A DNA stretch of 64,000 nucleotides from Candidatus Levyibacteriota bacterium (GCA_016214555.1 JACROF010000002.1:69416-133415); one strand, 5' to 3'. Positions 19,001 to 27,116 are shown, counted from the first letter of the stretch. A program made the numbers and translations. Notes: a model not told the origin generated them from the sequence alone.

Positions 19001-19423
19001 AAGGCTATTATCGTAATGTTAGTTATCCCTCTATCAATCTCTGGCGTATTTATTGTCTTTGCACTCACAAAAACACCTCTGTCATTCCCAGCACTTATTG
19101 GTATTCTTGCGCTCTTTGGCATTGTAGTAAAAAATGCTATTCTTGTTGTCGACAAAATCAATGCAAATGTAGCAATCGGCATGAAATTTGCCGACAGTAT
19201 CGTTGATGCATCAGAGAGTAGACTTGAGCCAATTGCGCTGACCTCTCTTGCAACAATTTGTGGATTGATCCCTATTACAGTCTCTGATCCACTCTGGAGA
19301 GGACTTGGCGGAGCGATCATTGCAGGACTTCTTTTTTCAGGAACCATAATGCTCTTCTTTATTCCTGTTGTCTACTACAACTGGTTCAATCCAGTAAAAA
19401 AGACAAGGATAAAACGATCATGA
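16076..19423 (+). CDS. efflux RND transporter permease subunit (AcrB/MMPL superfamily)
   Basis: 1115 aa with two 6-TM bundles and large periplasmic loops. Organisation is typical of RND transporters. Confidence 0.85.
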   Translation: MKTETSYLHHLRFDSRLKNSFVAKYLSNPRLVILLLLTIIGIGATSYASLPRRVNPEINIPIIVVSTVLPGANPQDVESLVSQPIEDGIDSVANIKTVSSTSQENVSIVQIEFNSGIDPDKARGDIQSAIDQVELPTDALSPKVIKIDFENQPVWTFTLIGKGDVASLSRFAIKLKNDLENKSSIDNATTNGLEEREISVIIDPSRIATYGITPFQLSSLVKASVGSFPAGTVLTQNSSFALSIDPAVTSVEDVRNLQLNIQGTIVPLSSIATITERSKPNQSPSYFASHTREPERSITFNVYKTSTANIDQATKDAEKIVHENIASYKGQFETLTIVNSGELINEQFNELIRDFSITTILVFIVLFVFLGARQAFVSFFAVPLTFLISFSVMKFTGISLNFLSMFSLLLSLGLLVDDTIVVISAMTSYYRSKKFTPLETGLLVWKDFLTPILTTTLTTVWAFLPLLLSTGIIGEFIKAIPIVVSSTLLASLAVALLVTLPLMIILLKPAIPSRVVVLFRILFVMFLLSIFAFIVPKGIFLPFAFLALFVFLFVTAKARLGLVRKSKIFIEKTKRNHQSLKVAPSFIDNGVFDFGRFSIKYRRALAKILATKENRRRAVFMVITFSLFSYLLVPFGFVKSEFFPKSDQDFVYVSVELPAGTNTDTAEKESLYLLKTLRNTKDVSYVIVDIGQAFSQSGGQASSGSNNILYSLVLPKNRSSSSIDIAQNLRDTLSGYTPGKLTVTEESGGPPAGADVQIKLFGDDIPTIDSYANNVVSYLEKQKGTTDISKSIKPGTSKIVFVPNQTKLLQNNLTQDQVGIWLRSFASGFTLDSVKFGNEAVPGNKKQDITFRMSPKLESVSDISTLSIPTQSGPVAISSLGKLKLESNPTLITREDGKRTISITATVTKGYQASEINKNLESYADNNLNLPDGYSWKTGGANEENQNSVTSILAAMLLSFLLIVVTMVIQFGSFRKAIIVMLVIPLSISGVFIVFALTKTPLSFPALIGILALFGIVVKNAILVVDKINANVAIGMKFADSIVDASESRLEPIALTSLATICGLIPITVSDPLWRGLGGAIIAGLLFSGTIMLFFIPVVYYNWFNPVKKTRIKRS

Positions 19424-19974
19424 ACGAGAGACAAAAAAGAGCCTCTGTTGAAATGCACTTAGTAGGCAGAGAGGATCAGTCTCCAGAAGAGTTTTTGTCT
19501 GAAAGGCAGAGAATGAAGATACACTATTCTCAGCCTGCATTTCCTCAATCTCCTGAGGTGATAAAAAAGAGAGCATCACAAATCATATATGAGAGTCCAC
19601 TCACAGTAACAATCCCTGGCTATAAACCTTCCCCAGTTAGTGACGTGTCTGAAGACGCTATCGTAGAGTATGACAAGACAGGCAGAGCAGTGAAGGTCAC
19701 TGGGTCGACACTTGAATACACGCGCGAATACAGTCCCAATGGATATATCACTCATGAAGTGATTAGGAAAACAGATGCAGAAGGAATTGTCACTGAGGAA
19801 TTCTGTGAATTTAGCTACGGTATGCAGCGAGGGAATTATTGTGTCCAAAGAATATCAGTTACTCCATACAGAGTAACAGGTGAGCAAAAAACACAGATCA
19901 AGTCGACATTCCTCATAGATCTTACGGATCTTTATCCACACGTGCCACTTAAAAAGTCAGCTCCATCTTTTTAA
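19420..19974 (+). CDS. hypothetical protein (184 aa)
   Basis: ATGA start/stop overlap with the RND gene. No motif recognised. Confidence 0.5.
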   Translation: MNERQKRASVEMHLVGREDQSPEEFLSERQRMKIHYSQPAFPQSPEVIKKRASQIIYESPLTVTIPGYKPSPVSDVSEDAIVEYDKTGRAVKVTGSTLEYTREYSPNGYITHEVIRKTDAEGIVTEEFCEFSYGMQRGNYCVQRISVTPYRVTGEQKTQIKSTFLIDLTDLYPHVPLKKSAPSF

Positions 19975-20097
19975 ATCAAGTCTAGAGTCATAGTAATTTC
20001 TAATTATAGTGCTGTCGTGAAAAATCACGATTCCTCAACATAATTTTCACCAAAAGATTGACAGTGTTAGGATATAGTTTGTGTCTGTTTATCATAA

Positions 20098-20126
20098 TTG
20101 ACAGAAAAATCATCCTCCGGTAGTAT
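20098..20126 (+). promoter_or_regulatory. sigma70-like promoter (TTGACA-17-TAGTAT)
   Basis: ttgaca at 20098-20103, a 17 nt spacer, then tagtat at 20121-20126. It lies 290 nt upstream of the first secreted-protein gene. Confidence 0.4.
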
Positions 20127-20287
20127 GTTTGTTATGGGTAATACGCCGGCCGTCAACGGAGGCGAGGTGTTGAAGACATAATTGTCTTAACATATCAGGA
20201 AGTTTCCCTAGAAGTGCGACTCATACAATAATTTATGAATACTACCTGCCTGGTATCGTATACTTTATTATACTGTAAAAATCGCCA

Positions 20288-20327
20288 CCCCTTACATCCA
20301 AGGTTGGAAGGATGTGAGGGGTTTTTT
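20288..20327 (+). terminator. intrinsic terminator-like hairpin + U tract (leader terminator 1)
   Basis: ccccttacatcc ... ggatgtgagggg (11/12 bp) followed by tttttg. Confidence 0.5.
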
Positions 20328-20332
20328 GTGGA

Positions 20333-20383
20333 TCCCACTCTCACTGTGTCTAAATTCAGGTGAACTGTAAGAGTGGGTGTTTT
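20333..20383 (+). terminator. second terminator-like hairpin + U tract
   Basis: cccactct ... agagtggg (8 bp) followed by tgttttt. It lies 37 nt upstream of the RBS of the 20421 gene. Confidence 0.45.
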
Positions 20384-20420
20384 TATTAAAAGTACCCTAC
20401 CTATGAAAGGAGGTGAATGT

Positions 20421-21509
20421 ATGAAAAAATTTTTAACACTTTTTTTTACCCTTACACTTTTTGTTCTAGTCAAACCAACCTTCGCAGATACTGTAAACGT
20501 TAATTTTGAGAACCCACCATATAATCTTGGGGTCATTAATGCCCAAGACGGGTGGAGCAGTCTAGGATCAGCAGGATCAGGATGCGCAGTATATGATCAC
20601 GCTGTAAATAGTGCTCTAGGAACAACAGGATTTGGATCACAATCTCTTCGTATCTCAAATGCTATAACAAGCGGGTGTTTTGGAGATCAAACATTCTCAA
20701 AGTCACTCATAAATGAAGCAGGTGAATCATCAGCTGTAAACAATGGTTTGTCTGGCGGGACAAGACAGACACATTTTGAAGGCTCGTTTGACCTATCCTC
20801 CACAGTACCTGGGGCAGAACAACCTGGACTGTTTATGTCTGTTTCACCAGATAGAGGAGATGGAGCCCGTATGAGTTACCTTAAGCTCGAAGATCAAGCT
20901 GACGGAGTTCATGTTTTTTTCGATGACTATGTAGACGCAGCTCCTCTTGGAGGACCTGTTGGCGACAGTAATGGATGCAGTGCCGAGGATGATTTTGTTG
21001 AAAGTGATGTCGCTACACTCAGTCGCGCACCACATTCAATCAAATTTAGTATGGACTTCGTTGATGGCCCAAGAAACGACGTTGTAAAAATCTATATTGA
21101 TGGTACTTTAGTCCATACTGGAACAAGCTGGGAGGATTACTTTAGATATTGTGAATCAAACCCAACTAGACCCGTTGATAGTATTTTGTTTAGAACAGGA
21201 GGAGGAGGCTTGCCAAGTGCCCCTGCAACAGCTGGAAATGGATTCTTAGTTGACAACCTTTCACTTCGCTCTGGTCCATCAACAGTGAAAGTAATTCTTG
21301 ACAAATATATTGATGGGGTGATGGCTACATCTGTCACTGCAAATAGTTCCGCATTCCCAATGAACGCAACATGGAGCGCAGATAATATCGGCGCAGGAAG
21401 TGGATCATACAACTTGAGTACAGTAGGATTTAATAGCCCAAATCCCTATGAGGCTGTTACATCCGATATGACCTTTGGTGCTGATTACACTACAAATGAA
21501 GTCACCTGA
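20421..21509 (+). CDS. secreted protein, N-terminal part of an RTX-repeat protein interrupted by in-frame TGA
   Basis: GAAAGGAGGTGAAT RBS, then signal peptide MKKFLTLFFTLTLFVLVKPTFA. The stop TGA at 21507-21509 is followed in the same frame by 34 sense codons and then the RTX-repeat ORF. Confidence 0.6.
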   Translation: MKKFLTLFFTLTLFVLVKPTFADTVNVNFENPPYNLGVINAQDGWSSLGSAGSGCAVYDHAVNSALGTTGFGSQSLRISNAITSGCFGDQTFSKSLINEAGESSAVNNGLSGGTRQTHFEGSFDLSSTVPGAEQPGLFMSVSPDRGDGARMSYLKLEDQADGVHVFFDDYVDAAPLGGPVGDSNGCSAEDDFVESDVATLSRAPHSIKFSMDFVDGPRNDVVKIYIDGTLVHTGTSWEDYFRYCESNPTRPVDSILFRTGGGGLPSAPATAGNGFLVDNLSLRSGPSTVKVILDKYIDGVMATSVTANSSAFPMNATWSADNIGAGSGSYNLSTVGFNSPNPYEAVTSDMTFGADYTTNEVT

Positions 21510-21611
21510 GGTCCAGTAGTTGGAGCAACATGCTCAACTGGTCAACCATTTGCACTTGTTGGTTATACGACAGGAGACACGCTGTCTGCTGCTGAGGGAG
21601 CAACACCAACG

Positions 21612-22157
21612 GTGGCTGTTCCAAACTTCACTGACCTTGAGTCAAACAAGTATGTAATCGTCTGGAATCAGACATGCCCACCACCTGACCCATATGCAGT
21701 ACCAGCAGAGTGCGTAGCAACAGGCTTTACGTATGGCGCACCTATTGTTGGCACAGGAGGCAATAACTCTATCAATGGAACTGGCGGAAATGATCTCATA
21801 TTTGGACTTGGTGGCAACGATAAAATTGATGGAAGAGGTGGTAACGACTGTATCGTTGGAGGAGATGGAAATGACAAGCTATCTGGAGGCACAGGTCTAG
21901 ATGTGTTGCTTGGAGGCATTGGAAATGACGCACTTAGTGGAGACAGCGGCAATGATGTCCTCTATGGCAATGAAGACAATGACAGTCTCAAAGGCGGGTC
22001 AGACAATGACAGGCTTTACGGTGGCACTGGAAATGACGCTCTAGATGGAGGAAGCGATGACGACATCCTCAATGGAGAAGCAAATAGTGATGCTGCTAAA
22101 GGAGGATCTGGAATTGACGCATGTACTGCTGAATCAGTTAAGCAGTGCGAGGTCTAA
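21612..22157 (+). CDS. RTX calcium-binding nonapeptide-repeat domain (C-terminal part of the interrupted gene; same frame as 20421..21509)
   Basis: Tandem GGxGxDxL-type repeats (GTGGNDLIFGLGGNDKIDGRGGNDCIVGGDGNDKL...). The C-terminus CTAESVKQCEV is homologous to the C-terminus of the 24126..25073 protein. The track start is GTG. The frame is open back to 21510. Confidence 0.6.
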   Translation: MAVPNFTDLESNKYVIVWNQTCPPPDPYAVPAECVATGFTYGAPIVGTGGNNSINGTGGNDLIFGLGGNDKIDGRGGNDCIVGGDGNDKLSGGTGLDVLLGGIGNDALSGDSGNDVLYGNEDNDSLKGGSDNDRLYGGTGNDALDGGSDDDILNGEANSDAAKGGSGIDACTAESVKQCEV

Positions 22158-22167
22158 TGGTAATTTG

Positions 22168-22197
22168 TAGTAGTCAATCTTACCCTTGACTACTACC
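22168..22197 (+). terminator. perfect 11-bp hairpin downstream of RTX gene (no U tract)
   Basis: gtagtagtcaa-tcttaccc-ttgactactac. Confidence 0.3.
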
Positions 22198-22242
22198 TAA
22201 TACTTACTTAGAAAACAAATAAAGAAAGGAGGTGAATCACAC

Positions 22243-22827
22243 ATGATCAACCGAAAAATTGCATTAAGTAGTATGTCTATCTTCGCATCTCTTGCGCTGA
22301 TGGGCGGTGCTACTTTCGCATTCTTCAGCGACTCAGCAACAAGTACTGGAAATTCATTTGCAGCAGGAAGTTTTGATCTTAAGATTGGAACCTCAGCTCC
22401 AGCAGCATCTGATTCAATAGGAGCAGTATTTGCAAGCGCAAACATGATCCCAGGTGCAACTCCCGAAACAGCAACAATATTTTTACGAAACACTGGAACA
22501 GTGGCAGGCAACAAGGCTTACTTAAAAATAGAGAACGTTGGGGGAATTGACAACAACGCCAATCAGCCCACTCCAATGACTCGACAAGTTGATATTACTG
22601 TCTCATTAGACGGCACGCCCGTTCTCATTCCAGATACAAATGGGAATGCAAGGCAAGACCTTGAAGACCTTCAGCTATCAGGTAATGGTCTTCAAATTGG
22701 TACTATAACTGACACCGGAGTAGACCATACTTTAGTTGTTACAGCAGGATTAAATTCTGGCGCTGGCAACGAGTATCAAGGAGACTCAGTCACAGCAGAC
22801 TTGAGAGCAACTCTTACTCAAGACTAA
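22243..22827 (+). CDS. TasA/camelysin-family (peptidase M73-like) secreted protein with SipW-cognate signal
   Basis: N-terminus GGATFAFFSDSATSTGNSFAAGSFDL matches the TasA motif AAFND..ATFASGTLDL. This is followed by beta-rich IPGATPE / FLRNTGTV segments. The GAAAGGAGGTGAAT RBS precedes it. Confidence 0.65.
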   Translation: MINRKIALSSMSIFASLALMGGATFAFFSDSATSTGNSFAAGSFDLKIGTSAPAASDSIGAVFASANMIPGATPETATIFLRNTGTVAGNKAYLKIENVGGIDNNANQPTPMTRQVDITVSLDGTPVLIPDTNGNARQDLEDLQLSGNGLQIGTITDTGVDHTLVVTAGLNSGAGNEYQGDSVTADLRATLTQD

Positions 22828-22889
22828 TTCAGGCAGGTGGTGGGGGAGCGTATACACCCCCACTACCTCTGAGGAAAGGATAAGTACGT

Positions 22890-23495
22890 ATGAAAAATAA
22901 ATTGAAAAAAATTAGCAATCACAAGGTTGCAAAACACACCAAGACTGTATTGAAGTGGAAATTTAGTGTGATTTCATTTATATTTCTGCCTCTAGCTATT
23001 TTCACCCTTCTTACAGCCAAAACGACAATAATTCCAACAATCCAATCATTTGTCGTACTAACAGGTAGCATGAAACCCACCCTACCAATTGGCGCTGTTG
23101 TTTACACCCAAAAAGGAAGCGCCATACAAAAAGGTGATGTCATCACTTTCTCAAATAACAAAGGGCAAATTATCACACACCGTGTTGTAGATATTAAAAA
23201 AGCAACGAGCGGACTATCCTACCAAACAAAAGGAGACGCCAACAACACCACAGACCAATCTCTTGTCCCTTCAACCAGTATCAAAGGGAAAGTTCTTTTT
23301 TCACTGCCATACCTTGGTTATCTTATTAATGCTTTAAGAAGTCCTGTTGGGTTTCTGATGTTTGTTATCTTGCCAATTTTGATTTTTATTGCGCTTGAGC
23401 TATGGAATATCAAAGGAGAGATTGAAAAATCAATTGAGAGAAAGCTGAGGCAAGAATTAAGTATCAAAAAATATGAAAAAATTGATATTTCTTAA
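22890..23495 (+). CDS. sipW: signal peptidase I, SipW-type (S26B)
   Basis: N-terminal TM, the VVLTGSMKPTL catalytic-Ser box, GDVITF and ITHRVVDI boxes, and a C-terminal TM. This is the archaeal/SipW-like architecture. Confidence 0.7.
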   Translation: MKNKLKKISNHKVAKHTKTVLKWKFSVISFIFLPLAIFTLLTAKTTIIPTIQSFVVLTGSMKPTLPIGAVVYTQKGSAIQKGDVITFSNNKGQIITHRVVDIKKATSGLSYQTKGDANNTTDQSLVPSTSIKGKVLFSLPYLGYLINALRSPVGFLMFVILPILIFIALELWNIKGEIEKSIERKLRQELSIKKYEKIDIS

Positions 23496-24129
23496 TCTTA
23501 TTACGATGACTGTTTTGTTTGGATTATCATATTCGGTAACACGTGCATTATTTGCTGATAGTGCTACAAGCACCAGCAATTCTTTTACAGCAGCAGCCGA
23601 ATTTCCATCACCTACTCCTACACCAAGTTCATCAGTAGGATCAGTGGTCATCAACGAGCTCATGTGGTCGGGCAGCACAAATACAGATGATGAATGGCTT
23701 GAGCTTCGCAACATGACAAGCTCACCAATTGATCTTACTAACTGGAAATTGGAAGGAAACACTACTCTCACAATCGCATCAGGGACTATTCCAGCAAATG
23801 GTTATTTCCTAGTATCACACTTTGCTGAGACTGATGAAAATTCAATTCTCGGCATCACGCCAGATATCGTTTCTCCATCCGTTCAACTTAATAACACAAA
23901 TCTACAATTAACTTTACGAGATGCTTCTAGCAATATAGTTGACCAAGCAGATGATGCAATTAACCCTCCCTTTGCTGGGAGCAACACTACTCCTAAAAAG
24001 TCAATGGAAAGAAACCTTGTGCCTGGAGATGGAACTGTGTCATCAAACTGGCATACAGCATCTACACAACTTAATCTTGACAGCGGAGCACTCGAGTCTG
24101 CTACTCCAAAAGGAGCAAATAGCTTATGA
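23473..24129 (+). CDS. lamin-tail-domain (LTD) protein with SipW-cognate signal peptide
   Basis: N-terminus TRALFADSATSTSNSFTA, then a Pro/Thr linker, then VVINELMWSGSTNTDDEWLELRNMTSSPIDLTNWKL (the LTD signature). Confidence 0.6.
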   Translation: MKKLIFLNLITMTVLFGLSYSVTRALFADSATSTSNSFTAAAEFPSPTPTPSSSVGSVVINELMWSGSTNTDDEWLELRNMTSSPIDLTNWKLEGNTTLTIASGTIPANGYFLVSHFAETDENSILGITPDIVSPSVQLNNTNLQLTLRDASSNIVDQADDAINPPFAGSNTTPKKSMERNLVPGDGTVSSNWHTASTQLNLDSGALESATPKGANSL

Positions 24130-25073
24130 GAATTTTAAAGAATAAATTGATTCACGTTGGCATACTATTAATTGCAGTGACCCTTATTGCTTTTCATACT
24201 CATGCTATTCAGAAAATTTTCTGGCCGGAAAGAGTCGAAGCGGTTGGGGATCTGACCATTAACTGGGGAATTGGCACTGGCAATGTAGGGCCTATCTTTA
24301 CTCTCAACGATATGGCCCCAGGCCAATCTGAGCAAAAAACGGTAAGCGTTAGCAATGGAAGCCTCAATCCGCTCACCATTAGCGTAAGAGGAGTAAAAGC
24401 TTTAGAGACTGCAAGCCTAGCTAATGTAATGAACATTGCCATTTCCCACAATGGTGTGGATCTATATGGAGGTTCTAGTCCTACTGGATTTAAAACATTG
24501 GCAGACTTTTTTTCAGATAGCTCAAACATCCTGGGAATCTCACTTAAAACACAGAGCCCAAACACAACAGAAAATTATCAATTTACCATAACTTTTAACG
24601 AATCTGCAGGCAACACATACCAAAACGCATCACTATCTTTTGATATTCATATGGGAATAGCTATTGACATCCCAATTGCTTGCCAATCAATTAATTTTGG
24701 CACTCATGAGCCAATTATTGGATCTAAGAAAAGCGAGAAACTAACTGGTACAGCTCAAAATGACCTGATACTTGGAATGGGTGGCAGTGACAAAATTGAT
24801 GGCAAAGGAGGCCATGACTGCATTCTGGGTGGAGACGGTAGTGACTCAATTACAGGAGACACCGGCGATGATGTCCTAGTAGGTGAGGGCGGAAGCGATA
24901 CTATTCGAGCAGGAAGTGGAAACGACACCATTACTGGAGGCAACGGAGCAGATAGCATGTACGGAGACGCAGATAATGACACAATTGTTGGAGATGGTGG
25001 ATCAGACAAAGCGGTTGGTGGAACAGGGACTGATACTTGCAGCGCAGAATCAAAATCACAGTGTGAATTATAA
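24126..25073 (+). CDS. TasA-like domain fused to C-terminal RTX calcium-binding repeats
   Basis: N-terminal anchor, then FTLNDMAPGQSEQKTVSVSNGSLNPLTISV (TasA-like beta-sandwich). The C-terminal 100 aa are GGxGxD repeats ending CSAESKSQCEL. Confidence 0.6.
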   Translation: MRILKNKLIHVGILLIAVTLIAFHTHAIQKIFWPERVEAVGDLTINWGIGTGNVGPIFTLNDMAPGQSEQKTVSVSNGSLNPLTISVRGVKALETASLANVMNIAISHNGVDLYGGSSPTGFKTLADFFSDSSNILGISLKTQSPNTTENYQFTITFNESAGNTYQNASLSFDIHMGIAIDIPIACQSINFGTHEPIIGSKKSEKLTGTAQNDLILGMGGSDKIDGKGGHDCILGGDGSDSITGDTGDDVLVGEGGSDTIRAGSGNDTITGGNGADSMYGDADNDTIVGDGGSDKAVGGTGTDTCSAESKSQCEL

Positions 25074-25143
25074 AAAGATCTTTTCACTTCATGGGTAGAG
25101 ATTTCCTAAACATGAAGTATCAAATATCTTTTTTTGAAAGGAG

Positions 25144-25761
25144 GTGAATACAAAAATGACAAATCTAAAAACAAAAATTACAACCGGTCTCGTGACTGCT
25201 GGTATTATTGCCAATTTTGTTGCTCCAGCAGCTTTTGCGGATACAGATGTTACTGTTAAAGAAAACGGCGATAGTTCAACTAACAAAGTTAAGGTTAAGA
25301 ACAAACACGTCGTCAAGGTTAAGCAAAAAAACACAACAAATATAACAAATTCTGTTGGCTTGACTCAAAGCACTGGCGGTAACAACGCCAAGAAAAATAC
25401 CGGTGGCGATGTCACCCTTACAAGCGGGGACGCTACAGCTAATGTAACCATCGACAACACAACAGATGGCAATACAGCTACAGTTGATGGGTGTGGCTGC
25501 GCTGGTGGAGACACAACAGTAAATGTTGAAGGCAATGGAGCCGACTCAACAAATAAAGTTAAAGTCTCCAACGTTAATGTCACAAAGGCTACTCAAAAGA
25601 ACACAACAACTGTGATCAACGGAGTAAGTATTGGACAGACAACGGGTGGCAATTCAGCAAATAGCAACACAGGTGGATCAGTTGATGTTACATCTGGTGA
25701 TGCTGATGCTACTGTAGGCATTGCCAACTCAGTTGGTGAAAACTCTTTAACTATTAACTAA
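25144..25761 (+). CDS. secreted Asn/Thr/Gly-rich repeat protein (2 modules), novel repeat family
   Basis: GAAAGGAGGTGAAT RBS and a signal peptide. Two ~85 aa modules have the form V.V..NG..S.N.V.V.N...V...Q.N.T.I.N.V...Q.TGGN.A..NTGG.V..TSGDA.A.V.I.N, separated by VDGCGCAGG. Confidence 0.6.
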   Translation: MNTKMTNLKTKITTGLVTAGIIANFVAPAAFADTDVTVKENGDSSTNKVKVKNKHVVKVKQKNTTNITNSVGLTQSTGGNNAKKNTGGDVTLTSGDATANVTIDNTTDGNTATVDGCGCAGGDTTVNVEGNGADSTNKVKVSNVNVTKATQKNTTTVINGVSIGQTTGGNSANSNTGGSVDVTSGDADATVGIANSVGENSLTIN

Positions 25762-25791
25762 TAGTTTGAGTAAATCTTCTAGAAGGACAAG

Positions 25792-25828
25792 GCCCTGCCC
25801 AGGCTGACGAGCCCAGGCAGGGTTTTTG
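25792..25828 (+). terminator. intrinsic terminator
   Basis: ccctgcc ... ggcaggg (7 bp perfect) followed by ttttt. Confidence 0.6.
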
Positions 25829-25877
25829 TTGAGAAAACTCTTACACAAAATATACAAATATGGTATAAACTATAGGT

Positions 25878-26309
25878 ATGCGATTTATCCTCCTTTTCCT
25901 CTCAATTCTTTCCTTTATTGGACTTAAAAAAACTTTTGCCGAGACAAATGTTGTAGTAAAGTCAAATGGTGGTTCAAGTCACGTAAATGTTGTTTCTAAA
26001 ACGAGCTCAGGCGACAGCACAACCTCAGAGAGTCATGTAACAATTGAGAACAATGGGGAAGTTAAGACCTTTGATGTTACAGGGGATGAGTCAATTGATT
26101 GGACCTCAGATGATGGCAAATCTACAGTCAAAATTAACGCTCAGACAATTACGCCATCACCCAAAGCCTCCATGTCACCAACAGTTACAAAAAATGAGGA
26201 ATCAAAATCCACAGTGTCTTTGAGTCAAGACCAACCCAAAAAGTCAGTTTCTCTTTATGAGCTTGTTAAGAAAGTACTTCAGGACATCTTTTCCTCTTTT
26301 GGTAGATAA
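25878..26309 (+). CDS. short secreted paralog of the repeat family (1 partial module)
   Basis: Signal peptide, then VVVKSNGGSSHVNVVSK..., the same opening as the module. Confidence 0.45.
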   Translation: MRFILLFLSILSFIGLKKTFAETNVVVKSNGGSSHVNVVSKTSSGDSTTSESHVTIENNGEVKTFDVTGDESIDWTSDDGKSTVKINAQTITPSPKASMSPTVTKNEESKSTVSLSQDQPKKSVSLYELVKKVLQDIFSSFGR

Positions 26310-26450
26310 ACCATATTTGTCTTACTTGACAAACAGCGCAATATTTTTCAAACTATATATGTGGCTAGTAAATCTGTCAAAAAAACATCGCAAAAAAGCC
26401 GTCTTGAAAACCCTGTTCACAACTTGATAGGATATGGGGCACTTCTTGTC

Positions 26451-27080
26451 TTATCTTTTGTCGTTCTTGCTATTGTCTACAGTCTCCAGTGGTACATCAT
26501 TCCCTGATTCCTTCGCAAAAATCAAAAGCCTTTTCCAATCAGTCCCAATAGGTGTGCAGGTTTGTAGTATAAGAACATCATCTTTTCTCTGAGTAACTTC
26601 ATTAACTTGCCTTGGGCTGACCTCTTTTTTATCAACAACAGCATAGTGGTACTCTTTACTTTGCTTCCACACAACAATACTATCTCCTTTTTCAAGCTCT
26701 CCCAATCGAAGAAAGATGCTATTGTATCTTGTAAGTTCCCAAGGTGAGCTAGATGAGTGTGCAAAAAGATATATTGGTCCACTTTCTCCTGGCAGGGCAA
26801 ATCCCTTTGCGTGTGCAATTCCTTTTTTTAAAGCAGGTATGTATTCATTTTTATTCCAGGGATCAACTTGTGCAATGATATTGCCTGAAGCACGTATTTT
26901 TGGAATCCAAATTGAAAATTCTCTTTCATATACCGAGGGCATTGATGTAGGGAAAAAGTATGCGTGGAATACGGGAAAAAATATATATAAAAATCCTAAA
27001 AAAGACAACAATACTAAGCCATTCCCAATTCCTCTTACAAGTCTATTTTTCATCTGAGTATTGTAGCTAATTCGACTCAC
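26451..27080 (-). CDS. sortase-family transpeptidase
   Basis: N-terminal TM, His box LFAHSS, the TLxTC-like LILQTCTP motif with the catalytic Cys, and an Arg in TDWKRLLIF. Confidence 0.65.
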   Translation of the reverse strand: MSRISYNTQMKNRLVRGIGNGLVLLSFLGFLYIFFPVFHAYFFPTSMPSVYEREFSIWIPKIRASGNIIAQVDPWNKNEYIPALKKGIAHAKGFALPGESGPIYLFAHSSSSPWELTRYNSIFLRLGELEKGDSIVVWKQSKEYHYAVVDKKEVSPRQVNEVTQRKDDVLILQTCTPIGTDWKRLLIFAKESGNDVPLETVDNSKNDKR

Positions 27081-27085
27081 AAGGT

Positions 27086-27116
27086 CAAAAAAAATCCCCT
27101 TGCGGGGATGTTTTTA
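27086..27116 (-). terminator. bidirectional intrinsic terminator (A-run, atcccc-ttgc-ggggat, T-run)
   Basis: Hairpin flanked by A7 and T5. It lies immediately downstream of the 27114..28250 minus-strand gene. Confidence 0.6.

Noticed and set aside
16113-19347. Numerous nested small ORFs inside the RND permease gene (both strands).
   Set aside because: All lie inside a 1115-aa gene with clear family architecture.
20130-20330. c-di-GMP-I (GEMM) riboswitch, prompted by a CTCCGGTAG match.
   Set aside because: Only a 9-nt coincidence. The conserved GEMM P1/P2 features (GNRA tetraloop and receptor, GCAAA motifs) are not identifiable. It is kept only as an unclassified leader.
21507-21509. Reading the in-frame TGA as selenocysteine, or as Gly under code 25 (SR1/Gracilibacteria).
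   Set aside because: For code 25: TGA terminates other genes cleanly here (e.g. 16076-19423 and 23473-24129), and long genes such as the RND pump and purD contain no internal TGA. Recoding is therefore not global. For Sec: a selenoprotein in a secreted RTX domain with only a weak 6-bp downstream hairpin is implausible. No selA/selB/selC is visible, though they could lie outside the window.
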